NCBI GenBank assembly: GCA_965285935.1
Contig: OZ260666.1
Coordinates: 66,898,001-66,962,000 of the forward strand
Direction of reading: 5' to 3'
DNA length: 64,000 nucleotides
Origin: Ophelia neglecta
Lineage: Eukaryota
The translations under genes and the position numbers were made by a program. Shown one piece after another: positions 15,061 through 28,369 of this stretch (the stretch's first letter is position 1; every line of letters starts with the position of its first letter). The notes under the pieces were generated by a model that was not told the origin of the DNA, searched no databases, and was given only the letters and a program-made list of their open reading frames with translations.

Positions 15061-15237
15061 CAGTTAAACCTGTGGATTAGGACCACCTAAGGGACTGGAA
15101 AATACTGGTCTGTTTATAGAGGTGTTCTGTTTATACAGGTCATTTATACTGAAAGTATATACTATGGCCTTCACATTAGTGGTCTGATTTGACAGGTGGT
15201 CTGAATATAGAGGTGGTCTTTAAGGCAGGTTACACTG
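15061..15237. mobile_element. Tc1/mariner-pogo-like MITE (177 bp)
   Basis: TA|CAGTTAAACCTG...GACCACCT and AGGTGGTC...CAGGTTACACTG|TA: imperfect ~28-bp TIRs, TA duplication and internal AGGTGGTCT-type subrepeats. Confidence 0.8.
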
Positions 15238-18200
15238 TAGCAGTAGACAATTAATTGGGTTATTACCATAAGAACAGCGAAATGACGAATGCATGCTTCG
15301 ACCGAACAAACTACATGAAGGATGTACCATTGCATGGCCCCCAGCAATGTCTTGCCAAAATGGAAACATTGCCTTACTGATTAAATGGTTTACATGCTGC
15401 TGATAAGGTTAAAACAATGCTCATTGTTTGCTTTGTATCAACTTTGCTTTGTAACAACCTACTGAAACCTTCAACTAGCCAAAATGAGAATGTAAACCCT
15501 TTAACCATGTGCCAAGTATAAGTAGTAATGGTTCCTCTTGGGATGGAAAGTAAAGTGTATTCCGACAGCCAGGATGTTCCGACATAATCCTGGTCAATAG
15601 CTGAAATATGTTTTGTTGACTAAAGGTTTGCTGCAAAGTCTAACATATGCATCCGCTTTCAGCATGGCAAGGCCGATTTATAACATTAGATACTCGCCTT
15701 AAATGGTCGGGTGTTTCTTCATGGACGCCTGGGTGACCTGAGAAGGGCGGGTGCGGTATTGTCTGGTGAAGTACTCATGTTACACATATTTATTTTTTAA
15801 CCAGTTTTCCTAGTAGCTTTCTATACATTATCTTCAGATACTACATACTATAAGTCTAAACCACTTTATTTTTAATAAGGCGTTTAAAGAAGTAAATAAC
15901 AATATAAAATACAGCTTGCAATGCCGATAATTCGATTGCATTGGATAGAAACATTTTAGGTTCCCTCTTTACCGATTGGTGGATCCAAACAAATGACATT
16001 TTCAACCACTTGATATACTAACTGATCAAAAAATATGCTTATTATTATAAACTCATGGATTTAAGAAGGAAGCACATCTGTACCAGAAGGCGAAAATAAT
16101 GTTATTCATAGCAAAAACTTACGGCAACAATTTGGAGAAAAAGATTACTGGAAGAAATTTCGTGCCGCTAAGTATAGGCCACGATTTGTCAAAAACAAAC
16201 CTGAATATAAAACACTGTTGTGTTTAACGAAGAAGTCAGTTTGATTAGGGCTAATGGTTAATCAGAAAAGTATATAACACCTCATCGTTGAAGGTCATGG
16301 ACACGGCGCTAAGCCCATTGTTACATTGCATACTGCTGTCTGTGCGGTCTTCTAATTATCCTAAGTCGAAGCCGATTGTTGAGGCTATCGGATCTATTAT
16401 AACATGAGAGTTATAATATGCACGGAACAGATTCATCATCTTAGATCATATCTTAGTCATACATTATTTAGCTACCCACCTGGACCTTTATCACATAGTA
16501 CGTGAAAATATCTAGTTTTTTATGCCGTGGAAGATTTGAAGGCTATTTCCTAACAACTCTCTTGCCTTTTGACATGTTTGTGTCGAGCCTTCCCCAATCA
16601 GCAACTAGGGATATATCAGTTTAACAATTGTAGCCATCCTTTGGGAGACCATGGATTCATTGTCGCAATGGGGGCTTTGCTGTCATAACAATGGGATAGC
16701 GATACTTGGAAGAAACCCATTGCAGTCAAAATACTGAAACAAACCGTAAGCAGTTCAAAGAGTTAGAGGGTATTCAGCAGACAAAGCAAATTCATGTATG
16801 TAATGCAGTTGTTTCATATAAATAAATTGTGAGACAAAATTCGCTGAAACTCACTGAGATGGGTATTCACGCTCTTTGGTTAATGAAAATAGTGAAATAT
16901 ATGTAAATGATTGTATAATCCTTCATTTATATGCATTTGACAGACCCGGATGTACCAGTTGAACTTACGAGTTTATTTAAAACACAAAAGTAGACTGCGT
17001 CGCGGGAAGTTTCGCATTCGAGACCCAAATCAGCTAGTACAGCACTGGGCTGCTAGAAGCCCGGATTGCAACAGGCCGTACGAACCTCCGTGGGCCCTGC
17101 TAACAAACAAACTGTACAATGAAAGGACGCAAGAATTCTGTATGATTCGTGAAACAAGTGCATTTGTTCCTTAAGAACTTTCGTAAATTGTAACGAGCAT
17201 CGTACTGTACGAAGGCTTTGTAAAATCAGCACCGAGTTCCTTTGTTAAAATCAGACGGGACAGCACAAGCTCTTACAAAGGTCTGTATAACTTCTTGAAG
17301 ATCTTGGCCTAAATGAATATCGGATATGTAATAGCTCTGGTGTAAAACAAAATAAAATCAGTTCAATTGATCAATCAATCAATAAAAGCTCTACAGAGGA
17401 GACAAAGAAGGTAGCCTTAGTCGAGTTTGCGATGACGTTGTGCAGCCCAAAAACCTCACATAACATCAATTAAGCCTTTAAAATCCTGAGGATGTTATTG
17501 TGTCAGGTTCTTGAGAAACAAAAAAAAGTGCACGCGTAGACTAAATGCTATCGGATTATAAAACAAAAAGCTTCTTACCCGTATAAGGCAAACGATTACA
17601 TGCTCATAACTTTCAAATGCGTCATTCAAATACAAACCCTTATATCCTCAGCATAAATGTTCTTATATCATCAACATTATACGTGTATAAAGAAGAAGTG
17701 GATACAAAGCTTAATTAGGGGAAAATACGCAAGGTATGTGTACAATCTATTTTCTTCTAAGGAACGGTATATTAGGCCATGTAATCAAATTGGTGTAATA
17801 GTTGTACATTTGATTTATAACCACACGTTTCCCTTTATTTCTGTATCAAGATGTGGGAGGCTATGTACTAACGTACTAATACAGCAGCCCACCTTGGTGC
17901 CTCGAGACTCCCGGTAATGGTTATAGGCTTTAAATCCATTCATCAATATCCGAAATCGGTCGTCATAGTGTTGTGACGACCTAAGACTGACTCCTCAGGG
18001 AAGAGTAGAATATCCTAACCCACTTCAACCTAGTGCTGAAAAAGACGCCTTACTAAATTACTTGAGAAGCCTAAAGAGGCATAATCAAAAGCTCACATAA
18101 GAAATTTAAGAAGTAGTGTTGGCTGCATGTCTCTACAGTAGACATAGAATGTGTTTGTTTACTGTCCAATAGGCACATTGTTGGTACAAACCACCTGTCC

Positions 18201-18296
18201 CCTTACAACAGAATAAATTTGACAATATAAATTGAGAAACTGTATCTGTAATAGATGTGTCTGGAATAGATGAGTACAAAAATATATATGTATAAA

Positions 18297-18589
18297 CTAG
18301 CGGGGGTACCCTGAAAAACAGGAGTTTCTAAAATAAGAAATTATGAAACAAAATATCTATTATTACTATTTATATTGTGACTGATTGTAAACCAAGAGAC
18401 CCCCCCCCCCCCCCATGATTCCCAGCATCACCAGGTCTCGGTTCTTCCAAGCTGATACAATTCCCGATCATTCCTTATCACTGTCACAACATATGTAGTA
18501 TACCGAACACCCAGGTCTGTCTGCCAACCCCCCCCCATCCCCCCTCTGTGCACACCCCCCTTCATTTCAATCCTTAGCTCTTATAATGA
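18297..18589 (-). mobile_element. Candidate non-autonomous Helitron (about 293 bp)
   Basis: Minus strand begins A|TCATTATAAGAG and ends with hairpin CCTG-TTTTT-CAGG, 9 nt, then CTAG|T. This gives TC...CTRR termini between A and T with no TSD. Internal poly-C/G tracts. Confidence 0.45.
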
Positions 18590-20249
18590 TCCAACTCCCG
18601 CAGCTGTTGTTTCACAGCCCTATACAAACAGGTACCTTTAAACAGCCTTCATTAAATGTGTGTATTTCTAAAACATATGACCAAGAATTTTGATACGTTG
18701 CTATTTTTAAAAGCTGTTTTACAGCCACAAAAATAAACAAAATGATGGCAAATATGCACCAACAAAAGATTAAATTCGACATTTTAAATAAGATGTTATT
18801 CTACGTACTAATATATTTTTCTATGGGATATCATAAAACAAATGCACTGGGCTTTATTCAAAAAAGGTCGTGGCGTTTACTTATGGCAAAGGTTACTATG
18901 TTTGCAAGAAATAAGATACATATTTATTTACAAAGACTTCTTAGAAAAAAATCTTGGTAAGGTTCCAAATCTTAATTTGAACCAAACATTTAACCTGCTG
19001 TTTTTCTTAATTTATCTGCAGCAGAATTAACAGCTAGGGAATCCGAGAAACAAGGGGAACCTAAAATAATCTAATTCAAGGCCAATCTAACAGCAAATAC
19101 CTCTTTGCATTTAAGTTCAGTGTGTTGTGAAATTGAGAGTAGATCTCCAACCAAACTTGGCAGAAGTAATTTGAGAGATCCTGGTTTTTTACGTACTTAG
19201 GATTCAGTCCATGTTCACAATTAGGAAACTACTGTCTAATAAAGGAGATTAACGAATCGACGCCAACATAAGCACCCCCGATAAGACAATGTGTAGCGAA
19301 TTTGGTACAACCCTCGCCCCCCTCCACCCCCCTTAAATGTACCAAGCCTCAAGAAGCGAAACAGAGCAAGATGGGATCAAGTGAAGATGGACTTTTATCT
19401 CTCCTGACTTTAGATCATTGGCAACTGTACTCTTAATCTTTGATTATATTGCGTGATTTATTAACATTCATCCAAGGGTTTAATAGATCACGCAGATTAT
19501 CAGTCAGACAAGTGCGTAGAATGCCCACAATAATGTTCAGTTAATGTACAACTTCGCCGACCAGTTAATGATGTCGGATGCCACAAAGTAATAGTTGATT
19601 GCAAAGGCCGAGCAAACATGTTCAGAGCCAAGATCAAGAAATTAATGGAAGTACTGGTGGGTGTGTGATAACAAATAATGGCCCTAGATATTCTGCAATT
19701 ACACCGATGCCTTGAAGAATGATTAAACATCAAGAGGCATGAGAATCCTATGGTATTCGAATTTAAAAACAGCAGTGGTATTGATAAAATACTATTGATT
19801 TTGAAATGTCTGTACAAAAACGATTGAATTCTAGTTATCGCACAAACCGCCTGTTTTCGAAAGCCAGGGCAAGGTAAATGAAGATACTTTGAACTTGTAT
19901 TTAAAAATTTACTTCCTAAATAGCAGGGCACGTACAGCAATCACATCTGACACAGGTGCATATGATTACTGGTCTAATGAAAAGAAAAACGCGATAATTA
20001 ACTAGTATCACTTAATATTTGGATCTCAGTTCACATAAATTCTTACCAAAAACCCAGCGACAATTTAACTTCATTCTATGACAACAGTATAAACACAAAG
20101 AAAACCTGATGCAAAGGCACATGCCAATTGCCACTAGTCCCGAGTCTTGTTCTAGGGACATCAACATGCCCACAATTAGGAGTAATAGAATGATTCCTGG
20201 CATTCTAACCCCATGTAAACACCATAAGAGAGGAATTCTAGTACGGTTC

Positions 20250-20540
20250 TCATCCAACTTTATGTCCATACTGCTGAAACGTCTGCGCTCTAGGCGGGTT
20301 TTCACGATGCCCTTATTCTGTATATACAAAACATTCTGCCAAACGATCCAGATGCCATAAAGGGCGGACATTAATTCTACATCATGTTCCTACCGAGTTA
20401 TTCACACTGCACATCTAAGAAGTAAAGCTGCTCTTCAAGCAATAAAAACAGGCGTTACATTCCTTTGCAAATATCAGCACACGGCGTAACTCTGTTAGAT
20501 TTATTATGAGAAGTTAAGGAAAAGACATTGGGCAACAACA
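20250..20540 (+). pseudogene. Possible very old LINE post-RT fragment
   Basis: LLKRLRSRRVFTMPLFCIYKTFCQT loosely resembles LxxLRxLxxxG...LxxxYxxFxRP. Weak. Confidence 0.22.
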
Positions 20541-22107
20541 GTGCATTCTATCTATTTCTGTTGACCTTTGTCGAATTTAAGGATCATTATACATGGCAGA
20601 AACACAGCATGACTTGCCACTTGATAAATAACAGCTTTCTGATTGTGACATTCTATCCAAGCAGGGTCTCTTGAACAAGCGTCTCCGCGACATCAGAAGA
20701 ACAATGAACATAACGGAAGTCTCATTTAAATAATAAAACCTGCACAGACGATTCCAATCCCAAATAACCAAAAGCAAATCAAAAGTATAATCTAAACCCA
20801 AATTAACCAACCCAAAATATAAAAAATGACTCAAATAATTGTTTATAGACAAAATTAAAATCCTTGATCTATATCTAGAAGTTATCTATGTTTGCCTTAT
20901 ATATGATATCTACAACAAGTAATTCGAAGGGCGCATCAAGAACTTCAATTCTCAATACAATGCTCTTTATGGCTTTGAAGTAGATTAGGAATTTTAATAC
21001 CTCTGCTTCGTCCGATCTTCTTTTAGGTTTGTATTTTGTATGTGTTCACTCATAGCGGCTTCCAAACCTTGTCTAAAGAAAACAACGGTTGCATAAAATG
21101 CCCGACAAATACTTCTTTTGGAAATTGATATAAAGTAAACCCAGAAAACCAGTGCCTGGACACCAGTACGTTAAACAAACTTTCAAATGAATCATTGCTA
21201 TGATTGGAACAAACACTGCCGTTTCAAAAACTCTTTTGCTTAAAAGAAACTTGGAGAATTAACTTGATATACAATTTTATTAGGGAAATGTGATATAGCG
21301 TTAATGGAAAGCAGTACACAAGGAGTAAATAAAACCATTTTAAGACCGAACTCGTTACCGTAACATTGTTCCTAATGCATAACAAATATGGTCATTTCCA
21401 TTGCAGGTATGGCATGAATGTGAACCAAAATACTTAGCCTAGTGATTGTTCATAAGGAAACTGTTCTAGGAACGCAAAAGATGGCATGGCGCCATGTACT
21501 TAGGCCAGTCAATAATAATTTGACTAACTTGTTCAATTATACATTTAAGTTTTCAACACCTATAACGACTGGTCGTTTGTACAGGCGTATCTTGTTTAGC
21601 CTAAAAACTACTATGGAGCAATGATATTGCACTTAGGTCGACATAATAGCCTTACTTGTCTCTCAGCCAGCCATAACTGGTTCTCGTAAACACCATATAA
21701 TAGGCATACCGGACATTTCAGGGATACCCGTTATGAAGCCATAGAACTTGCAGGCAAGACTTTTCATCCCATGTCTCCGTAATGGCGCCCTGTAACATAA
21801 CCTAGCACCATCAATGGCGTAGCCTTAATTGCTAGTTAGTAAAGGATCTTGCTATTAATGCACGGTTGCCGCTGTTGTGCAACATATGATGAATGCTGCA
21901 TCATGTTATTGCAATAATCGTAAATAGTATCTATATTACCAGCAGTTTTATGTTCTCAGTCAATCTTTCTTTAGCATAGACGGCCTGATTATTATACTGC
22001 ATGGCACATATGTACTAAATAAAAAAACAGATACCTGGAAATATTAGGCCTGTTGCCGGATTTAGTGTTCTATAATGTACACAGTGGAGAAAGATGAGTA
22101 TTCAAAG

Positions 22108-22340
22108 TATGTTGCTGGACTACATTACTTTCGGCTTATCTCGGGATTTTGCCCCCTGGGGCTTATTTGAAAAGCAGACCGTCATTTCATTATCGTTTGC
22201 ACGGTTTTTTTCATCTGCGGCCTGCCTTTCGTCTCCTGGTGATGTAACACGTGTCATACACATTGCAGGAACGTATGATTTTTGCCAATAAGTGACTATC
22301 CTACCTGCTGTCATCCATGCAGAAATCTTGAATGAGTATA
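22108..22340 (-). pseudogene. Decayed RTE-clade LINE ORF C-terminal fragment
   Basis: Translation ...GRIVTYWQK...NKPQGAKSRDKPKVM*SSNI resembles the RTE consensus RRILxIxWQD...P.GxRxRGRPKxxWxDxI. Confidence 0.4.
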
Positions 22341-24897
22341 CTGCTATTCTATTGCCAGTCCGAGATCTTATGATGCAATGAGGGTGTTGTTCAATTCATA
22401 TTGGCGTTTCCGGACAGCAATTATTAACATTAAAGCCACGCGGACGGTATTATGTTTGTATCAGGAAGCCAGTCTATAGTTGGATAGACTATATTCGTGC
22501 GTACAGGAATAAAACGGTAGTGGATACACGGCAGAGAAATCCAAAAGGTGAGGTGATTTAATATACTATGGCAAAGACCAACCAGTTTCTACTAATATGC
22601 TACAACATTGTAACCGATTTTGCATATTCACATATAATCAAAGGAATCGTGTAAGAGGACTAATAGAAATTAAATCATCAATCAAGTAATGCGACAAATA
22701 GATTTGAGCACAGATGTAGCCTTCCATACTTTGCTTTATGTTTTGTTTTGCCAACCACAGTTTTTATCACCTTCCAAAATGCGTCCTTTTCAGAAACTGT
22801 TAAAAATCTAAATATAACGGCATGTAGATGGATGAAAAACCAATCAACTTCTCTCTTTCATGGAATATAGCATTTGAATTGAAAATATAATGTTTACTTA
22901 CGACAAGCTTTCCTTGGCAAATGTTTCCCTTATTGCTGAATAGGACTGTTAGTCCGAGTTTTCCATCGGTGCTATTTAACGATTCACATGGCAAAATTCA
23001 AGTGGCAACTAAATTATCTAAAATGCTATTCACAAAAATCAACAGTCCACAGCCCTACACAGACCTGATCAATGTATGCCAATTTTCTACTGGATAGAAA
23101 TCGGTTATGGTAGAGTTATTCGTAGTTCTTCTCAGTCGAGGGTGTTCTTAGCAAAGGTTAGGCTGCCAGTTTTGATTACACCGTTATTTTTTCATTCGAT
23201 TATTAAACGAAACCACTGAAAACGCACCTCAAACATTGTTCAACAATGTTGATTGTTTTTGGCTCACAGAATTTCCGTTTCTGCCACTTATTCACTTCCG
23301 TTATTTAAACGAATTAAAGTGTGATGCTGATAATGGTAATATAATAAATATTTCTGTATTCTTTTTAAATGTTCCTTCATATATCAGTAGAATGACGCAC
23401 GCAGGTCCCATGCTATAAAACACAACAAAGTAATGTTTCCAATAATGTTCCTTGAAAAATGTCTTGATCGTTTGAATTTATCAGCTGCGCACGACGCCCT
23501 AGGCACCTGTCAGTTTCACATACTCATATCCACAACACATTTATCAACAGCAAAACTGTTCATCGAGAATTTTATGAACATCAACAGAGCCCATATGTTT
23601 AACCATTTTTCATGTTACGTTCACAGCATCGCTCTCATATTTTTGCCATTATATGCTTAACGTTTCCCAACTTTAAGCATATAACTTATGTTATCATATT
23701 CTATCATACAAGCGAAAATCCCAAAGCAGTTGCAACAATACAATTACCACATATAAACAATCTTATTGGCTCTCAAATTCCACCTTGTGTTTTATTCAAA
23801 CTTTGGACTTATAAATGTACTTTGCAGTGTACATGATATGTAGTCTTTATATTTGTTGGTAGACAAAAAGGGTGTTTTGGGGCGTAATGACAGCTGTGGT
23901 GCCAGGTACCCGATGAGTTTGACTAACCGTGGTATTTTGACCATAAAAAATATCATTTGCAAAGTCAGGACTCTTTAAAACGACACAGTTGTAAGGATAT
24001 GAAGTCATTGTATTGGATACAAACTATTCATATCATATCGGCAAATATATATTGTTATCAAACGATGGGCAATATATTGCGGAAAAAAAACTTGTTCAGA
24101 CGATAGAGTAGCATAGGTCGTAGTATCGGAAGTGTGAGTGTGTGGCCAAACTAGTCCGCAGTGAATGATTTTCGAGTGACTGTTAGTTGGACCGATTGGT
24201 GGCCTGTACTCATCTGTACAGCAGCGGGACCTAAATTTAAGTTTTCATAGGGTGTTTGATGACCTACTGCATGAGTCTAAAGAACCCAAAGCGCAAACAA
24301 CTACTTCTTGCAATAAGCGAATTCAGTTCTAAGCACAATGCACCAAAATTTCGCACCCAGGCCGATAATTAAAATAAGTGTAAACCTTAGGATTTCAAAA
24401 TAGATTTTGATAAGTTGATACCGTGATTTATATTCATGATAGATAGACGATGGTGATAAATTGTCAAAAACATTGTAACCAACTCATTTGTATTTTATGA
24501 GGCTCTTTGTTAATTCAGTGCTCTAATACAAGAATGGATGGAAGCATTACAATTTTGACAAATATAACATTTTCATCCTTTGGTAGTTTTAGTGTACGGT
24601 TATCAATATTGTTCACAGATATATCATGGTGTTTGGTCAATGCTTCCCTGAGCTACAACACGACTAAATGAAATGCTCGTTAGTTTAATACGGATTTAAT
24701 TTCGTGTAATGTGTAAAATTAATTTTATTAACTAGTGATAGGTAAAAATCATTGCACTATGGCCCACCATTTTGTTTCCCTTTAATTTCGTTTTATCTAC
24801 ATCCTTCGGAAACCAAATTTTCATACAAACAAAGCTTTTGAAACATGTTGTATCGTCTTAAACAAATGGTTTATTGTACCACTGTATATGAGAAATG

Positions 24898-24903
24898 CCT
24901 TAC
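24898..24903 (-). other. 5' splice donor of the THSD7-like exon
   Basis: Minus strand reads ...TGTAGACAG|GTAAGG. TSR similarity stops here and the ORF hits a stop 11 codons later. Confidence 0.85.
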
Positions 24904-25407
24904 CTGTCTACAGCTTGTCCAATATCCAATCCTCCAGCTATGTCTGGGACGGGGATCTATAAAGGTACACAAGGGAAGGTCCCGACACTCATCCTGCTCG
25001 GCAAGGTTTTCGCATGTCTTGCCTCCAGATGAGGGCAGGAGCAGTACACGGCGGCTGCGATATCGAGTAGAAGGAGTACAAGTGGTACTACAATCGCTCC
25101 AATCTGACCAATCACTAAGTACACAGTCCTGCTCACAGGGGGAGCAGTGTTGCTCCGTCACGGGGGCATCTGTGCCAAGTTTTCGGCAGTAGAAGGGTGG
25201 GACTAACGTGCTGCTATCCTTATAAACACACGAGATATCCCTAGTCCGTTTACACTTACAGCAGGATCCCTGCTCTCTATACACACAACCGGACCAAGGA
25301 GTTGCCTGCCACTCAAACGTTGTGTTATATCCACATTCCATTGTCTCGAAAAATAAGAAATATCCTATACTGATAAATAACCATGGATTTAACCTTCTAT
25401 ATTCCAT
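24904..25407 (-). CDS. THSD7A: First coding exon of a thrombospondin type-1 domain-containing protein 7 (THSD7A/B)-like gene: signal peptide plus TSR repeats, 168 aa, ending at a phase-0 intron
   Basis: ATG at 25407 in a strong context (AAG ATG G). MEYRRLNPWLFISIGYFLFFETMECG looks like a signal peptide. It is followed by FEWQATPWSGC...RTRDISC...C...EQHCSPCEQDCVLSDWSDWSDCSTTC...RYRSRRVLLLPSSGGKTCENLAEQDEC...HSWRIGYWTSC. This matches the alternating TSR pattern of THSD7 as I recall it (QxC..PCQQDCIVSEFSAWSECSKTC..RTRHVVAPPQFGGSGCPNL..C..YSLHVGPWSTC). The exon ends at donor CAG|GTAAGG. A versus B orthology cannot be resolved. Confidence 0.88.
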
Positions 25408-25845
25408 CTTATTGGTTAGATCCGATTCTATTGATTTCCTCTGGTCAAATATATATTCCACGATCTCCTATATCAACTAAAAAACACCAAATATTGGGTG
25501 GCTCCATCAATTGAAGCTCCTTTTGAAGTTTTTCTTTTGCTCCGGCCGTCTTAATTTCATATTCATTACAAATATTACTGACATCTGACTGATGTTGCAT
25601 AGCCACATCAGGTGCATTACTGCAGAGTCCTAAAGTGTAATACGGTGTTCTGGAAGATCGAAATCCTACAAGTCTCCTTGATGGTACTAGAGTCCATTTG
25701 ACTGCTGGCAATAGAATTCTTACATAAGAATTATAGAAGTAAAATCATATTTCCATAAATCTGTTTTGTAATTCCACTTGCTGATTAAAGAAGACACGAT
25801 TTACTTTTCCACTTCTGAAACCTGAAAATAAGTAAAAAAAGAAAA
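25408..25845 (-). other. Probable 5' UTR part of the THSD7-like exon (25408-25821) and its splice acceptor (AG at 25822-25823)
   Basis: Minus strand has a long pyrimidine-rich tract ending TTACTTATTTTCAG|GTTTCAG|AAG, with tandem AGs 7 nt apart. A weaker alternative acceptor (GTTTTTTAG near 25477) cannot be excluded. Confidence 0.6.
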
Positions 25846-26064
25846 TGATGTTGCGAGAAAGAAGACAAAACCGCTATCAATGATAAATTGACGTGTTAAC
25901 ATTTGCTTCTTTGCTATTTGTTGTGTCTCTTCCATCAATTATATCAAGTACTTCAATCAAATTCAAACATTGCTTTACTGTTTAGGATCGCCGGGAATAA
26001 CTATCAACAAATATCTTGTTGACTTCATGAATAAATCTTCTGGCTGGTGTAGTGAATCAGTCAA

Positions 26065-26287
26065 CAGAGTCCGTTTTCTAGAAGGGGTCTTAAGTTCAGA
26101 GATAGGATTAGCCTAGTATCGGTTACTGGGGTGTTACAATTGACCAGGATTAGGTTTAAGACTAAAATGGCAAACTGTATGACCTAATCCAGTTTCCAGA
26201 AAGCCCGATTGGCAAGTTAACACTGATTAAGCTCTTAAATCCTGATTTTATCCCCGGTTAAAACTTAAGACGGAAACCGGAATCCGA
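26065..26287. mobile_element. Diverged copy of the 54321-54565 MITE family
   Basis: Collinear shared blocks GAAGGGGTCTTA, TGACCAGGATTA, GACCTAATCCAG.TTCCAGAAA and AATCCTGATTTTA, in the same orientation. Confidence 0.75.
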
Positions 26288-28369
26288 TGATGCATATAAC
26301 ATAAACACCTTCACTTAAAATAGAATAAGATAAAGTGTCACCACACCTTCTGAGAAGATGACATTAACTGGCACAACTTACATATCATTTCTCGTAACAA
26401 TTTTTCTTGTTATATCACATATTCCAAATTTTACCATCAACATTTCCTAACCAGCATCTACTAAATATTGCAATGAATTTTATAAAATAAAATATGGACG
26501 GTAGTAAGTAAAGCGATTAAATATCGATCCCTTTGTTATACAGTATTTCTCCAGGAAAACCATCTATACGTAAAACAATTTTGTAATAGTCAAACACTAC
26601 GTAGAAGGCGTGGCTCTGGACTTCCCAAATGTGTGGCCATTATTACTACAAAACTCCGTCTCCTCAGGAAAATAAATCGAATGCATTCTAGCACCAGAAC
26701 TATGTTTGCACAAAGTTAATTCAGCCATTTTCTATGATGACAGACACAAGTTTCAAAGAATCGCCTGCCACTCGTTTGTTTTTTGAAAAAGTACACTACG
26801 AAATGCGTTCAATAAAATAGATCACATCGAAAGAGGCTTTATATTTACTGGAAAGAAACAAATACTCAGGAAAATGCCAAGTGATTGAATGTGCGTCAGT
26901 GGATCACGTCAACAAATGAGGTTTTTACCCGGGCCATCATCAACCGCTCTAATGAGCTGTGGTTATGATGGCAAAATTGATATGAAAGTGTACATAGAGA
27001 AACTGTAAGATACGTAAGGGAATAGGGTGAATATGACCTTTGTTCAAAAATACAAAATAAACCCAGTTATATAACACAGACATGCAAACGTCGTGATACC
27101 TCTAACATGTCTCCATTTCTCGTACATGCTGGTCCGCTTGCAACTTGTAAATCAATTTGTTTGCAACGGATCTCAGTTAAGTAGGCTGTTTCCATTTTAA
27201 CACAGACCTATATCCAGATTTTGATTGGAATAGATGTACAAACTAAGGAAGCATGCCCAGATACATTATGCATCAAACTAATGAAATGGGTCAATGGGAT
27301 AAAAAGGAGAGAGGACTTTCCTGGAAAATGCCCCCAAATTATTTGTGGTCCATTATATCTCACACTGACCCGAGGATTCACCATAAACATTTAGGATTTG
27401 GAAACAATATGCATTGGTCTTCTCTCGTATTAAGTTTAAACAATAGCTAAATTAAACTTTCAAATAGGTTGCACAATGATTCCATTTTTACATAAAATCC
27501 CTTTGAACACAAGCAAACATGTAAAAACATGGGGTTGTAGCGAGCTAATAAAAAACATATACTCAGCACAATACCGCATGATCCTAAAACAGTGTAATCA
27601 TGTAGCCCTGACAAATACTGCCGCTCTCTCCGACGTTAATAGCCAAGATTCCCCATTTAGCCCAAAGCCACACAATGCTCACGAACAAACCATAAGTGAA
27701 CAATCACCTTTCCACAAATTTGTTTTATGAGCCAACTGAGAGACTACCGGAAATATCATTATAGCTTTTATTACCTCGCAAAACTGAAAATAGAAGAAGG
27801 AAACGAAAACTAGTGGGGAGGGAAGGCAATACATTTTCGGATGTGCAATTGGACTTCGTTATAATTGTTTCTGGGTAATTGTGGACAGTGAAAAGGAAAT
27901 AGGGAGGAGGGAGCGTATGATTATCGAACTCATATAAAAGGATTAATATATTGCAAGTGGTGCCCTTTAGCAGGACTTAATATACATAAATAAGTTCAAG
28001 TTACGGGCCACTTGATTTCAAAAGCAGGAAAAGGAAGTTCCTCGACGAACAGTCCGTTGCTAAGAAGTCTAGTGTGAATGGGAACAGTGGAGAGATTGAT
28101 GTATCTCACCATCTACTACAAAAAGATACAAGAAGGCACTTACACACCGACGTATAGCGTCTGGCGTGTTGTAATTAGCTGTCTTCGCTATTGATTGATT
28201 GGTTTTTACTTTCGTCCCTAAAACATGGCAGAAACTGATGTAAAAATTTACATATAAAAATGCACCTTAAATTCAAAATTAGCGCCAGCAACAACCAGTA
28301 ACACACATGTTAAATATCGCAGTAGTGGCAAGAAGTATGCATACATGCATATAGTGACAATATAGCGTC

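Noticed and set aside
19500-19940. 146-aa minus-strand ORF
   Set aside because: Non-ATG start, no recognisable domain and no splice support.
24871-24903. C-terminal VRHFSYTVVQ of the same ORF
   Set aside because: Read-through past a consensus GTAAGG donor into intron.
24845-25192. 115-aa plus-strand ORF
   Set aside because: Antisense shadow of the TSR exon with no independent features.
25408-25461. N-terminal 18 residues of the 196-aa ORF in the track
   Set aside because: The track start at 25461 is GTG. The first in-frame ATG (25407) has a strong context and directly precedes the signal peptide.
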